A DNA stretch of 42,860 nt from Azolla caroliniana (lineage: Eukaryota; Plantae; Polypodiophyta): the NCBI GenBank assembly GCA_043228905.1, contig JBHGNT010000268.1, forward strand, positions 1 to 42,860, written 5' to 3'. Position numbers and translations under genes: made by a program. Position 1 is the stretch's first letter, and the number at the start of each line of letters is the position of its first letter. The notes under the pieces were generated by a model. It made no database searches. It was not told the origin of the DNA and saw nothing but the letters and a program-made list of their open reading frames with translations. Positions 24,501 through 37,600 of the stretch are shown piece by piece.

Positions 24501-25773
24501 CCAAGAGACTTCATTTCGGATAGGTAGCCCTTCAAGCACATTTTGTGCTTTTGCAAGCAAGCCACATTTGGCATACATATCAACCAATGACGTGCCAAGG
24601 ACAACATCTGTTTCCAATAAGCCTCTATTTGCAATTTCATCATGGATTTGTTTTCCCTTCACTATATCTAGTTTTCCACCACATGCCTTCAAAATAGAGA
24701 TGAAGGTGACCCCATCTCTGGGGAGGCCCTCAATTTGCATCAACTCAAAACAATTAATTGCTTCTCCATATTTCTCTTGTAAGACATACCCAGCAATTAA
24801 GGCATTCCAAGACACTGTATCATGAACCGAAAGATTTTCAAACACTTCCTGTGCTTTAAAAATCATCCCACACTTGGCATACATATTAATCAAAGTGCTG
24901 GTGAGGTATGGACTCTTCTCAAGCAAACTCCTTTTCACAATATCAGCATGAACTTTGGATCCTGTATAAATATCCTTGCTCTTGGTACAAGCCTTGAGTA
25001 CGTTTATAGAAGTAAGAACTTCATTGATATGTTCATTTTTTACTCCTTTGTTACTCCTTTCCTTGAACTGCCCCTGTTTTTCTTGAAGAATAGTTCTTCG
25101 TCTGAGTTCATCAAGAACCCAAGAGGGGTTTTTCCATCCATCAACCCACAAAGGCACATAAGTGACTGTGTGTGTAAAATCGGGTGATCTCGAGGTGGTC
25201 TTTATCAAGTTTCAACACAAAAAACAAAAAATCTCTCTCACTAGTTGTTGGCTTTGATGGTTTACAACATAGCATTAAAACAATAAAATTGAGAGAACTC
25301 AAGTTTGGTCCTTTCCCGGACCCCCAGATTGTATTCAATCTCCCTGGGATTTTAATAATCTATTAATCTCTCTCATGTGTTTCTTCACGTTAGGCTTATA
25401 CCTTCTAGTAAGCCAAGCTACTATTTTTCCATGCACTCATGCTCAAATCTCACAATGTGTACAATTACAGTGGATGCCATTGGCAGGACATAGGGGTTTC
25501 AACAGGTGACCGTCAGAACTAACGTAGGGGTTTGAGCATGACCTTCAGAACTAAGCTGAGCATCGTTACCAACAGAACTACAATGTCTGGCCATCTCTCT
25601 CTATCTATATAGCTATCTATCTCTAACTCATTCACTCACTCACAAATCAATATATACATACATACCTTTGTGGTGCGATTGTCTGCCCATAGCAAAGGCT
25701 CCCTAAAATACTCCTTCCATAGGAGGTCCGTCCCTTCCGCAGCAGCCAAACCTGATCTCCTCTGAATCGCCAT
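21504..25773 (-). CDS. Very long PLS-class PPR protein ending after the E domain (PPR-B)
   Basis: Ten P-L-S triplets in the 21504..25208 ORF, whose track start is TTG, plus E domain VWLTLLASCKKWGN. Probable exon 1 at 25773..25666 (MAIQRRSG...NRTTK, AAG|gtatgt). A phase-0 acceptor at about 25200|25199 is plausible but uncertain. Confidence 0.88.
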
Positions 25774-26047
25774 AGGATCGGATCGCCATTCATGTCTTCC
25801 TTTGCCCGTCAGTAAATCAGAAAGCTGCAAGCATATGATGATGGATGGGAGGGGGGCAGGGGAATCACATTTTAACCGGAGGTCGAACTTAACTCATCCA
25901 TACATATTATTTCTTATAACACGATTTGAAGTGCAAAAGAGGGAGCCAAATTGCAATAGATTATAGAATCATAAATAGATGAGTTTACACATCCCAATTT
26001 TTAATTGAATGATATCAAACAATGAGACCTCTAATAAGGAATTATGA

Positions 26048-26085
26048 TTTAGGGTTTTAGGGTTTTAGGTTTAGGGTTTAGGTTT
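26048..26085 (+). repeat. Interstitial telomere-like (TTTAGGG) tract
   Basis: tttagggttttagggttttaggtttagggtttaggttt. Confidence 0.85.
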
Positions 26086-26489
26086 GCGAGTTCAAATGAG
26101 GAATTATGATTTAGGATTTCATTGCGAGATCTTACCTTGATCTAGTGCCCATCTTATTGCCCGCCTTGCTCATCTCTATAGATCTTACCTTGATCTAGTG
26201 TAAAGCTAAAATCCTATGTATATTTCTATATAGGATAGATGGATATTCTCATACCGTCATGTTAATTGATCATTTGTCAATTTTCCAGGAGTGAGTGCAT
26301 TGTGTGACACAATGGTTTGTTAATAATTGGGGTTTCATTATCATAGTTTTAGATGGTAGAATGTCAAAATGGAGAACACTATTTAATTGTGTAATATCCA
26401 TAAACATTATTATTATTTGCGAAGATATAGTATCTTAAAAGCCACAATAGCTAGAATCGTGCCTTTTGAAGAAAGAATGAGATTATCAT

Positions 26490-27447
26490 GACAAAAACGT
26501 CTCCTCGTGAATGGGGGTAGATTAGACACAGGGAGAGAGGTTCTATTATGTCCACAAAATTTACATCTTTCGAATCATTTTGGTTATGTTCCTCTCATGA
26601 CTCCTCTCAACGTCTTCAATGAGTTCCTCTAATGTCTTCCACAATGGCTTTAGATTCCACATTCTCTAGCAACTTCCTTAAAGACTTGTCTTGCAAATAA
26701 TAAAATCACCCTATTTATAATTTTGTAACTTCTTTGGAGTATGAGTCATGTTCCATCCAAGAAACCTTCAACAACAACCTTGCACAATCATTTGTGAAGG
26801 GAAAGGATCAATCGAAAACTCCTCGATCACTGTGATCAGCTTGGCCTCTTCGTCTCCACGACCATATTCTCCTATTGCCAACCATGTAGGAATCATCTTC
26901 AAAATTTCAAGCTCGGTCATCTGGAATCACCTTTTTGTCCTTGTTTCCCAAAGTCTTACCCCACATCCTCGATCACAAATATTATGCTTAGTCCAACTAG
27001 ATGCACAATAAGTCTTCAAAGTGTTCAACTCCAAAAGGTCTATTACTTCTCTTGATCTAAAAACACATCAAGATTTGGTCCATCAGCATTTGTATGTTCA
27101 TTAATGATCTCATTATTTGAGATGCCCAAAGACTCAAAAACTCTAAATTACAAGTCCTCTACTCTGCCTCAATCTTCCAACTTTTGTTCTCAGAAGACCT
27201 TCTTTCAGGCTGCACCACAGCCCTCATATCACTACTATTTTCTTTTTTTTCAGCTATTGATAGTAGTCACTCTTACTCATACAAAGGTTTTACCGATGCA
27301 TAACATCTCCCTTGCAATAATATAATTTCAAGTTCTTTGCATGTGATTCCCTTCAACTCTGAACCTCTCTATCTAGGATACTCCCCATCTTCTCAAGGTT
27401 TTCCATGGTGCTCCCAGTTCTGAAGGACATACAGCCCCCCCTCATTC
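26490..27447 (-). mobile_element. LTR-retrotransposon remnant: polypurine tract plus 3' LTR
   Basis: On the minus strand, gaatgagggggggc (27447-27434) is followed directly by TGTA (27433), and an LTR-type TATA box TATAAATAGGG lies at about 26720-26710. The distal LTR boundary is approximate. Confidence 0.55.
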
Positions 27448-27500
27448 AATCTTAAGATTGAGAATGTTTTATATTCCCAAATGAAAATACATTTGGCCAT

Positions 27501-29736
27501 TTATACTTGCATCACACTATTCTGTGAGGCAGCATAGTTTAGCCTCATGTATTCAAGCTTTTCTGCATCCTTTTGCATGCTAGAGGCCACAAAAATGTTA
27601 GCCATAAGGACATATGCTGCCGAACAGCTATTATCTGATTGCATTACTTGATCAAAAGACAACCTTCCAAGCTTCACATTTCCCCACTTTCTACAAGCGC
27701 CTAGAAGTGCAAGCCAAACATCAGGAGAATCAGTCAGTGGCATCACTTTGATAACTGATATTGCCTTGTCAAAATACCCTGCATATCCAAAAACCATCAC
27801 CATGCAAGTATTGTGCTCTAAGTTTGGAGAAATGCCATATTCCCTACTCATAACATGGAAAAGTGTTTGGGCCTCGTACAGTAACCCTGAATGGCTACAT
27901 GCAGTTAAAACACCTAAGAATGTGACATCATCAGGACGCAGGCCCTCAGTTTGTAACCGTTTAAAACATTTCAATGCTTCTTGACCTTCTCCTTCATGAG
28001 AATAACCTGCAATCAATGCATTCCAAGTGGATACATTTCGGGAAGGAAGTTCTTCTAGAACTTGGTGCGCTTTTGCAAGTACACCACATTTGCCATACAT
28101 ATCCACCAAGGCAGTTCCAAGCACAATATCATTCTCTAGGAACCCTCTAGTTATGATGGTATGATGTACTTGTTTGCCTTTTTCTATAGCTCCGGTATTA
28201 CCACAAGCTTTTAGGATGCAAATGAAGGTGACTGCATCTGGCGATAGACACTCTCTTTGCATTTGGTCAAAACAATTCAATGCTTCATTCCCTTGTCCCC
28301 GTTGAGCATACCCTCCAATCAATGCAGACCAAGAGACAATATTTCTAACATGAAGATCTTCAAGCACCTTTTTAGCTTCAGCAAGCATGCCACATTTAGC
28401 ATAAAAATCCACCAAAGAAGTTCCAAGCACAACATCTTTAACTGCCAATCCTCTACTTATAATATCGTGATGAATTTGTTTCGCCTTTTCTATAGCTCCA
28501 GTGCTACCACAAGCCTTCAAGATGCAAATGTAAGTTACCATATTTGGACAGTGTCCTTCCTGTTCCATCAATTCAAAACATCGTAATGCTTCATTGCCTT
28601 GGTCTTGCTCAACATATCCTGAAATAAGTGCAGACCAGGATACTACATTCCGAACCACAAGCTTTTCAAGAACCTCCTCAGCTTTTGCAGGCCTGCCACA
28701 TTTGGCATACATATCGACCAAAGCAGTTCCAAGCACGATATCCTTCTCTAATAAGCCCCTACTAACAATATCTTCATGTATTTGTTTGCCCCTATCTACA
28801 TTTCCTTTGCTGCCAAAAGCTTTCAACATGCAAATAAAAGTGACAGCAGTTGGAAAGAGGCCTTCACTTTGCATTCTTTCATAACAATCCAATGCTTCAT
28901 TACATCGTCCTTGTTGTGTATATCCATCTATTAATGCATTCCAAGAGACTATATTTCGAATTGGAAGCTCTTCGAGCACCTTTCGTGCTTTCTCAAGTAA
29001 GCCACATTTGGCATACATGTCCACCAATGAGGTGCCGAGCACTACATCTTTCTCCAACAATCCCTTCCCTATAATCTCTTCATGAATTTGTATGCCCTTG
29101 TGTATATCTCTTGTATTGCCACAAGCCTTCAATATACAAATAAAAGTGATAGAATCGGGTAAGAGACCTTCATTTAGCATCATTTCAAAGCATTTCAATG
29201 CTTCTTGACCTTGTCCTTGCTGGGCATGTCCAGCAATGAGTGCGTTCCATGTGACAGTATCTCGTATCAAAAGCTCTTCAAACACTTGGTTTGCTTGTGA
29301 GAATATTCCACATTTGGTATACATACTGATTAATGTGCTTCCTATGACATGATTCCTTTCAAGTACGTTTCTCTTGAGAATTTCAGCATGAATTCTAATT
29401 CCTTTACTTAAGTCCTTCTTCTCGGCACAATGCTTGAGCAATGCCACAAAGGTCGAGTCTTGTACATATTTTTCTTCACCATTGTATTTGTCACTAGGTT
29501 CTTGTGACGATGAAACAACCATTGTTTTGTTCAACTCTTTCAAAGCTGAAATTGTATGGTAGCTTGCAAACTTGTAGAGATCTGAAGAGATTGTGTACCA
29601 TAATCAATCAAATCAAACATTCCCTCTCTTTAAAACATAACAATTCTCTCTCTCTCTCTTTCTTTTTTGTCGTGATGTAATCTATTCTGGCTATCAATTC
29701 AAGTTCATGGATTCAAATCCTCATTTCCACACAGCA

Positions 29737-29799
<63 letters not shown>

Positions 29800-29884
29800 G
29801 CTCACCTTGTTGCTCTGATGTTTCTTCTCTCCAAAAGAACGAAATTGGTTCCATAGCATGCCCACATCTATGTTGCCTTGCCAT
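27501..29884 (-). CDS. PLS-class PPR protein ending after the E domain (PPR-C)
   Basis: Exon 1 29884..29806 (MARQHRCGHAMEPISFFWREETSEQQ, G|gtgag, upstream in-frame TGA) splices in phase 1 to 29581 (ttcag|AT), in frame with the 27501..29543 ORF. Five P-L-S triplets and E domain VWLALLGACRKWGN. Confidence 0.9.
29742..29795. repeat. (CT/GA)n microsatellite in PPR-C intron 1
   Basis: Perfect CT run; a similar (TG)(AG) run lies in PPR-A intron 1 at about 19578-19626. Confidence 0.95.
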
Positions 29885-30899
29885 GTGTATAATTCGATGA
29901 ATGGGTGCATTTGAATACAGTTCAGCTGCTTTTGTATTCTCTGTTTTCCCTCTTGTTTTTTTATTTGCTACTTGTCAGACCCTCCATATGTATACTACTG
30001 CTTGATGATTCAACATCTCTTCATTGTTTCTCCATGTAAGGATGCCAATGAATGTTGCCGATGACCATCGGCAACCAAACTCGAGGGGTTTCATGATTTC
30101 ACTTGTTATGCTTTGATGCTTGTGGTTTTCTTAGGCCATTGGCAACCGCGGATTTGTTTTTGTATTTCCGAGGGAAACACTACAATGACCTCTTTGATGA
30201 TGAATCACGTCAAATTTTATGATGAACTAGGAGGATACGACTCTTGAGCAAGACTTCCTTCTTTGTTCGAATGTGAGAGTTCAATTCTTAAATTTGAAAA
30301 GTATACATATAGTAAGCATCTATGTAGGAAAATGTCCATGCCCATGATGTCTTTGCTTGAGCCAACTCACAGATGGGTCCGCAAGGGTTTCATTGTCTTC
30401 CTTTTTGGCACTTCTCTCATCTTCATATTAAACGATTAAAAGTGGTTTTTAATAGATCATAAGGACAATTATGGTTGCAAACCTTGTACATTATAATAGC
30501 TATCTAGCAAGTTTAATAATATAATACATGAGATTTGACAATATGTAAGCTCTTTTACACGGGGTGGAAGAGGTAAGAGTGAGAGAAAGTTGTGATCAAT
30601 GTATCCTTCAGTTTCGGTGTGGCAAGTGTACAATCAATCATCATCGACGTCGTTGCCTTGGTCATCATATACCTCCCCACCAACATCTCTAGCAACAGAA
30701 TCCATAAACAGAGTTAGCAGCCATTGTTTCCCAAAATGATGGGAACAATATACATCCATATTATGTGATCTCCATCTTCCCTAAAAATGAGTAAGAGGCT
30801 CAACAACTTTGTTATCTCCTAAGGAAACACAGATGTTCCTTCCTCGGTATACATTGGTCATGTTGCCATTTATTTGCTTGTCACAAGTGGCTCAACGAC

Positions 30900-33450
30900 T
30901 CGTACAAAAGACTTTGCCATTACAACTCTTAGAAAACTAGAATAAATGTCTTTTGATCCGAATGTTTTGTAATCATCCACACTTTTATAAATGATACATC
31001 ATTATTAAGCAATGGTGCACCTATTTCTATATTTACATGGAACAATTACATGCAAATGTGCATACAACTTTGAGTTTGCAATGCCCAAAGGAATTCGTGA
31101 TTGATTTTATGTTCATGCATATTGAAGCATAGTGCAACACATTACGTGACAACCCTCAACGTGGAAACATTGCCTTTACAACCAGGCAAGACACTTAAGG
31201 CTACCAACCATGTCAATAACACAATACATCATCCTACATTGTTGTATTTATGTTATTAAATATTGAATTAATTATCGTCTGCCACAATTTCAAGTGTCAA
31301 GTACATGTATAAATTTCAAGATCATGCACACCACATTTTACAATGCTACAAATAGTGAATGCATCACACTCATATATTGTAAATTTGGCTTTTCATCTCT
31401 AAATGCACTTGAATAAAACATATATATAATTATTTATCACTTTTTGTGCATTTGCATAAAATTCATGCCAATGTAATGCAAAATAGTTAATTGTCTCATT
31501 GATAAACATGAACCTCATATGTTTTATTACGTTTTAGAATAATTAGTGCACATGGGAGATCCAAAGTGGGGCTTACACTCTATGTGGTGAAGTCAATGTG
31601 ATTGAGACGGTTTCTATATATTAATCTCATTCATTAAAATTAAACAAATGAGAAACAAGAGATTGTTGTAACTTGTATTCAACCCTTAGTGTCTCGTTAT
31701 CATCCAAACTTTGATACAATAACACACTCATACTTCATAAGTTATAACTTATGTTCATCAACATTGTCCTTTACCTAAGGATTTACTCAATATTTATTAT
31801 AACATAAATGAAAACCTCAACTTTACAATTACATGTACATAATTTGATTCACATGGGATGTGTAAGGGTAGTGAAGTCAACGAAATTGAATTGTTCATCT
31901 TAAGATGCACTTTGTACAACAATATATTGTTAATTTCTAAAGTAAAACATATCAATGCTCTTGTTATAATCCGGTTTTATAAATTTCTTCATTGCTCCAA
32001 CATGTTGATGCACTGCACTGCATCACTTGTTTATGTCCTCGTTTGTACACTTATCTTGATTGTTGCTTCAAATTTATTTGCATATGGAAAGCCTCGACCT
32101 TACAATGGGTAGACATGCATGAGAATGATCCTAACATGAAACTAATTTATTCCTAACATCAAGGGAGACGTGTTTGTGTGCAACCTACATGCATGAGATT
32201 CATCCATGAAAATTGATTAAAATGCTACCCTGTCAAGTCTTGTTGAGTATTCACATTATTCCAATTGCCTATGAAGTAATGCCTTTGTTAATTCTTCAGA
32301 AACGAGGCAAATATAATTATTTGTGATATGGCAATAAAAATCGAAGTTTTTAGAAAGTGTACTATGGTACAATGACGAGGACAGTTGGTGGCAATGATAG
32401 GTAGTGACAACTTTGTTCTTATGGCAAGATAGTCCCTAAAATTGTTTGGAAACGATATCAAATGAAGGTGGAAATGTATCAAATCATAGGTTCAAACATT
32501 CTTCTAATACTACCTTGATAAATTGCGCTCTTGGGCAAGTGGTGAGGACATAGTCCAATTTTCCATTAAAGCTACATGCCATATTGGCAAAGAAGCAATA
32601 GGAGAATAATTGAGACATGGAATTGGTAAATTAAGGGAGTGTAGCGATAATGAATATCATTAATGGGGAAAGGCTATCCATGCTACAATCATTCCATGTG
32701 AAAACATATAGCTTGGTTTATGGAAGAGGTCGATTGTATTAAAAACTTGAGATACATATGCCTAAAGTCAACTACGATCTCCTGCTCTTCGATGGGTAGG
32801 TTTTTGATTCATGACAATACTTAACCAGTGTTTCTATTCACAGGATAAACTTAATTATTCAACACATTCCATGGATTAAGGATGATAACAACACATTCTA
32901 CATTCGAAGACTCACAATTTCTCTCAATTATTAGCAAACATTTTCCTTTTGTTAATCTATATTAATCACAGGTCAAAGATTTGCCCTCCTTAGGATGAGC
33001 ACTTCGAAATATAAAATAGTCACTTTTTTCTATACATGTCATGTACAAGCCACCGAGAAAACTTAAGTAGAATGCTTCATAGTAATGATTGCATAATGGG
33101 TTGTGTTATCAAGTTTTGCAGCCAACATTGTCTTAGGATAGATGCGATTTTCTTGTGATGAACACAAATGGGGGTCATACATTGACCATACAACTAGATC
33201 CAAATAATATGGGAATTGGAATGAGTAGTCTAGTGCTTGTGGGAATGGTCGTGGAAGCGCAACTACTCAACTTTGAGACTGGAATAGGGTTGAGTTGAAA
33301 ATGGGGGAGGGGTGGTGGTGGTCCTTCTTGGTTCTACCATAGATGGAGACAAGACATCTATTTGATGCCTCTTCATTAAAAAAATTGCTCCCTACAAACA
33401 CATGCTTTAATTCAAATGACAACGTAACCTCAAAATTGTGTGGAACCAAA
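30900..33450 (+). mobile_element. Possible decayed hAT transposase relic
   Basis: Frameshifted fragments in plausible order (NVL..HPHFYK, KGDVFV, ..MG.., GWWWSF) echo hAT transposase motifs; no intact ORF. Confidence 0.3.
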
Positions 33451-34206
33451 AGTTAAGAATGGATTTGCTGAATTCTTTTATTTCATTCAATTAGCTTTAC
33501 ATCAATGCACATGTAGAGCACCACAAGGATTGCATGATTGACTGTCCCCATTGCTACCCCCACACATTGCCATAGGTGAATCAAGAGAAAAGGACGAACA
33601 AAAAGAAGGAGGATCGCAATTGGTAAAATGAATAAATGATCGGATCGAAACGGTGGACCAAGAGCGAAATGCAACGTTTAATAGAACACATGTATAGGCA
33701 AAGCCGAGTCAATGTCCCGTGCATAGTCAATGGTCTCTGATTGTCGAGATGGAATGGACAACATGCATATGTATAGGGTACATACGAAAAGCACGTATGA
33801 ACATACATGTGTATGTAGAGGGGGTACAGACGAATACGTGCATGACATACGTATGAACATATGCACGTAAGTGCATACATACATGTATACATATGTATGT
33901 ATGTATTTGCCGATACAAATGCGTAAGACGGGACGGACGGATGGACACCGGACAACCAATGGACGCCGGACAAACCAACCTCCTGCTCTCTACTTACTTT
34001 TAACATAATAATAATCCTTTTTGATTTTGTTTCTCTTTTTTCTTTTTCTTTTTCTGTGACACATCACAAAAACAGGGAAAAAAAAAAAACAAAAAAAAAT
34101 TTAACCTAAAAGAAAACCTCTCTCCCCCTCGTCTTCCTTCTTTTTTTTCTCTTTCTCTTCCTTCTCTTTCCTTCCTTCATCTCTCCCTCTTCACAGAAAT
34201 AAACGG

Positions 34207-34337
34207 AAACCCTAATTTCCTCCCCCCCTCCCTGTCACTCGCGACAGGAGGAGGAGAGGGAGGAGGTCGAGGAAGGATAAGTAAGAAGAGGAGTCTTCGT
34301 CATTCCTTCGTCAAGAGAAGGCGGCGAGAAACCCTAA
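34207..34337 (+). promoter_or_regulatory. Two telo-boxes (AAACCCTAA) in the eIF4G 5' region, with a CT-rich tract
   Basis: aaaccctaa at 34207-34215 and 34329-34337. Telo-boxes are established cis-elements of plant translation-machinery genes. Confidence 0.65.
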
Positions 34338-34690
34338 ATCCACAGGTCTTTCTTATTCTACATTCTTTGTTCTCTCAAAACAAAAACAAAATCAAAAAAA
34401 AAAAAAAAAAACAAACGAAACCAATCAATTAACAACATTCAGCCAAGCATAGCCGATCAATCGTCGTGCAGGCTAAGGAAAAAGAAAAAACCAGCATTTT
34501 CTCTATCTATAGATGTAAACAGATCGGTATATATATATATATATATCTTATTAAAGGAGAAAGAAATAATTCTTTTGCCAAAGATCTTCCCTGCAACTAC
34601 TTTAGGTAGGGTTAACTTTACAGACAGAGAAAGGGATTAAGATAGAAGAAGAAGAAAAATCGAAGAAGGTTTATTCACAGGCCATTATAT

Positions 34691-37600
34691 ATGTCCCATC
34701 ATCAATCTAGGGTAGACCGTAACAGCGACTCGCAACCAAAGAGGAACAGTGCGAGGGCTGGAGCTCATCAGAGAGCTTCGGCAGCAACTACGTTGAAAGG
34801 AGGTGGCCACCACGGCCCCTCGGCGGCCACTGCTCCATTGCTTTCTCCTACTGCTCAACCTGCGCCTTTGCCCAGGTTATAATTTGTTTTTTTAGTTTTT
34901 ATAAAAATAATCTCAGTCTGTTTACCTTTTCTTACCTTTTCAATGATGTTACATCGGGCATATTTGAATCTTTTTAGGGTTCCTTCGTTACATTTATAAT
35001 TATGTGTAAATAGTTGTATTTGGTATTTCTGTCAGGTTTTCATGAGCATTCAAATCATGCGAGTCAGGCATATTTGAACATCTTGAAGGTTTCTTTTAGG
35101 TTTTCTAGTCATTGACATACTTGTTAGGTTATCCTTACCATTCTGGTTCCTTAGGTTTTTCCCCTATCCTTCTAAATATGTCAAATTAGGCATTTTTGGA
35201 CATTCTAATCATGCCAATCTATCATTCTTGAATATCTTACGGGTTCTTTGCACCGTTGTTAACACCAGCTTAATTTTTAGTGTTCTCATGAGTATTCTAC
35301 AGATCAAGTCACTCTTAGCCATTGGCTTATTGCTAGATTTTTTTATGCATGTCTTAATAGTGTCTATTAAGTGTATTTGAATCTCTGCAGACTCTATTTT
35401 ACCTTTTTTATCCTGGGCTGATTGTCAGATTTTTTACCTGCATTCTGATGATGTCAAATTAGGCTGATTTGAGCTCAGTATGAGTCCTATTATTTGAACT
35501 TTGTCATCATTGTTCAGCTGTAATTTCAATCACACATATTTGAGCATACAGTAATAGTCTGGTTTGTGTTTTAGTTGTTTATTCTTGGAGCAAAATGGTT
35601 AATGCTCTGATATATTTTTAGAGATGTTTTTTGGTAATGGGTCTTCACACTCAAGACTGAACCACATTATTGAAATGGTTTGTCCAACTATTTGCTGTTG
35701 TAGAATATATTGGCAATCTTGTTTTTCTGTGATGGTGATAAACACTTTAATACTTTAACCCCTGTCTAATTGTTATGAATTTTTGTAGCATTATAATCAT
35801 GCTAAATCAAGTTTTTGAGCACACATTGGATATTTATGTATGGAACAAAGTGGTTAATGGGAATGTGCATTAATGAAATGCGTTGTTCTCAAGTGTTTTC
35901 TTCTTTAAATGTGTGAATATTTCCTGGAAATAACATTTACTGATGGATCCCATAATGAAGACCTAACTGCATTATTGAAATCGTTTGTCCAAAGAAATGG
36001 CTGCTCTGCAATATATTAGCAATGCATGATTTTGCGTGAAGATGACATCTGTTTTTTGACTGTGCTGATTCTATGGAAGAGTAGAACTTATGGTCTCAAA
36101 ACAACCACCCTTAGGGTGATAGGGAGCTTCATAGCCAAGGCAAAACTGTATTATCGAAATGATTTGCGCAACTATTTTCTGCTCTAAAACTTGTTGATAA
36201 GTTTTATTTGATTGTATTAATAGTTTGATGCATTACAAAATATATTCTTATTATAAGACTTCACTTAGCAAGTATGAGGCATTATGGCAATGACAGTTCA
36301 AAGCGGTCCACTGGAGCAAATGGCCAAACAAGAGGACATTCATCTGGTAATCATGAGGCCGACAATCAGAAGGCTCAACAAAACACAACTCAGTACCAAG
36401 GGCAGGCTCATGGTCAGATGATGTTCTCATTACAAGATGTTTTTTGCATGTGAAATGCTGTGTATAATGTTAATATGCTTTTTTCATCATTTCAGGAGCA
36501 AAGTCTTCTACGCCGTCAAGCAATGGGAATGCACCCAGACAATCAAAAACTGTGCCACCATTGACCTCCATTGGTTCCGCAGACCCTATACCAGCTATCT
36601 CAAAGCCAGGTTTGCATAGTTAGCATAAGTCTTTCTTATTACCTATTCATAATGCACTATTAATTGTTTAAATAAAACAGAATCAGCATGGAGCTCTGCC
36701 CATCCTCAACTATCATTCCAATTTGGAAGCATAGGAGCAACTTTCGTGCACACTGGAGTGCAGGTCCGTTTCTATTATAAGTTGAAGGGTTCTCTTCTTA
36801 GTATTGTAATTTTTCATGATTTATATAATCCTTGTATTCTGTCAGATTCCTGCACGAACAAGCTCGGCTCCACCAGACATTGAAGAACAAAAGCAAGACC
36901 AAGCACGATACACGGTAATTAATGCAGTAGGGACAAAAGGAAATGTTCCTTCTGTAGGACAGCATCAAGGAGTAAGGCCACAGTCGCAACAATCTGGAGG
37001 ACATCATCAGCAATCCACGAGGCCTCAGGTTCAGCAAACAGGTGCTGCATTGCCTGCAGGTATACCACAAACACAATATATTCACAACCAGCCTCATCAG
37101 CACCCTGTTCAGATACAGATACCACAGACTAATCCTCATGTACAAGTTCAAACTAATCCCCCACATATGCCAATGCAAACCCATTTTGTTCCTCCGCAAA
37201 CTCAGCAACAAGGGCTTGTTCAACTCCCTTACCCACCAGTGCAGTTCCCGGGTCGTAACATACCAAATCAGATGTTGGGGCCACAGTTTGCTTCCATGCC
37301 ACCTCAACAAATTCATCAGATACCTCATCAGCTTTCTGGACCCTCTGCTGCTCCATTAGGTCCAGGAATGGCAGGTTCTCCTTATGGAATGGTTCAGGTG
37401 CCCAATCATTTCATTCAACCCCGTACAAGTAGGGCTGTGAAAATTGTGAATCCGCAGACTCAAGAGGTATTGAAGTTTGATTCAAAAATAAAACACGACT
37501 CTTTGAATGAAAGTACGCCATCTTTGTCCCAAGGGAGATTGGCAGGAAGTGGACAGTCCAGGCTGAATTTGAGCTATGCTAATGCTCATCATCACAGCAA

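Noticed and set aside
16188-29074. Many plus-strand ORFs antisense to the PPR genes
   Set aside because: Periodic antisense shadows of the PLS repeats.
33483-34006. Overlapping Tyr/His/Met/Cys-rich ORFs
   Set aside because: Artefacts of TATG/CATA low-complexity sequence.
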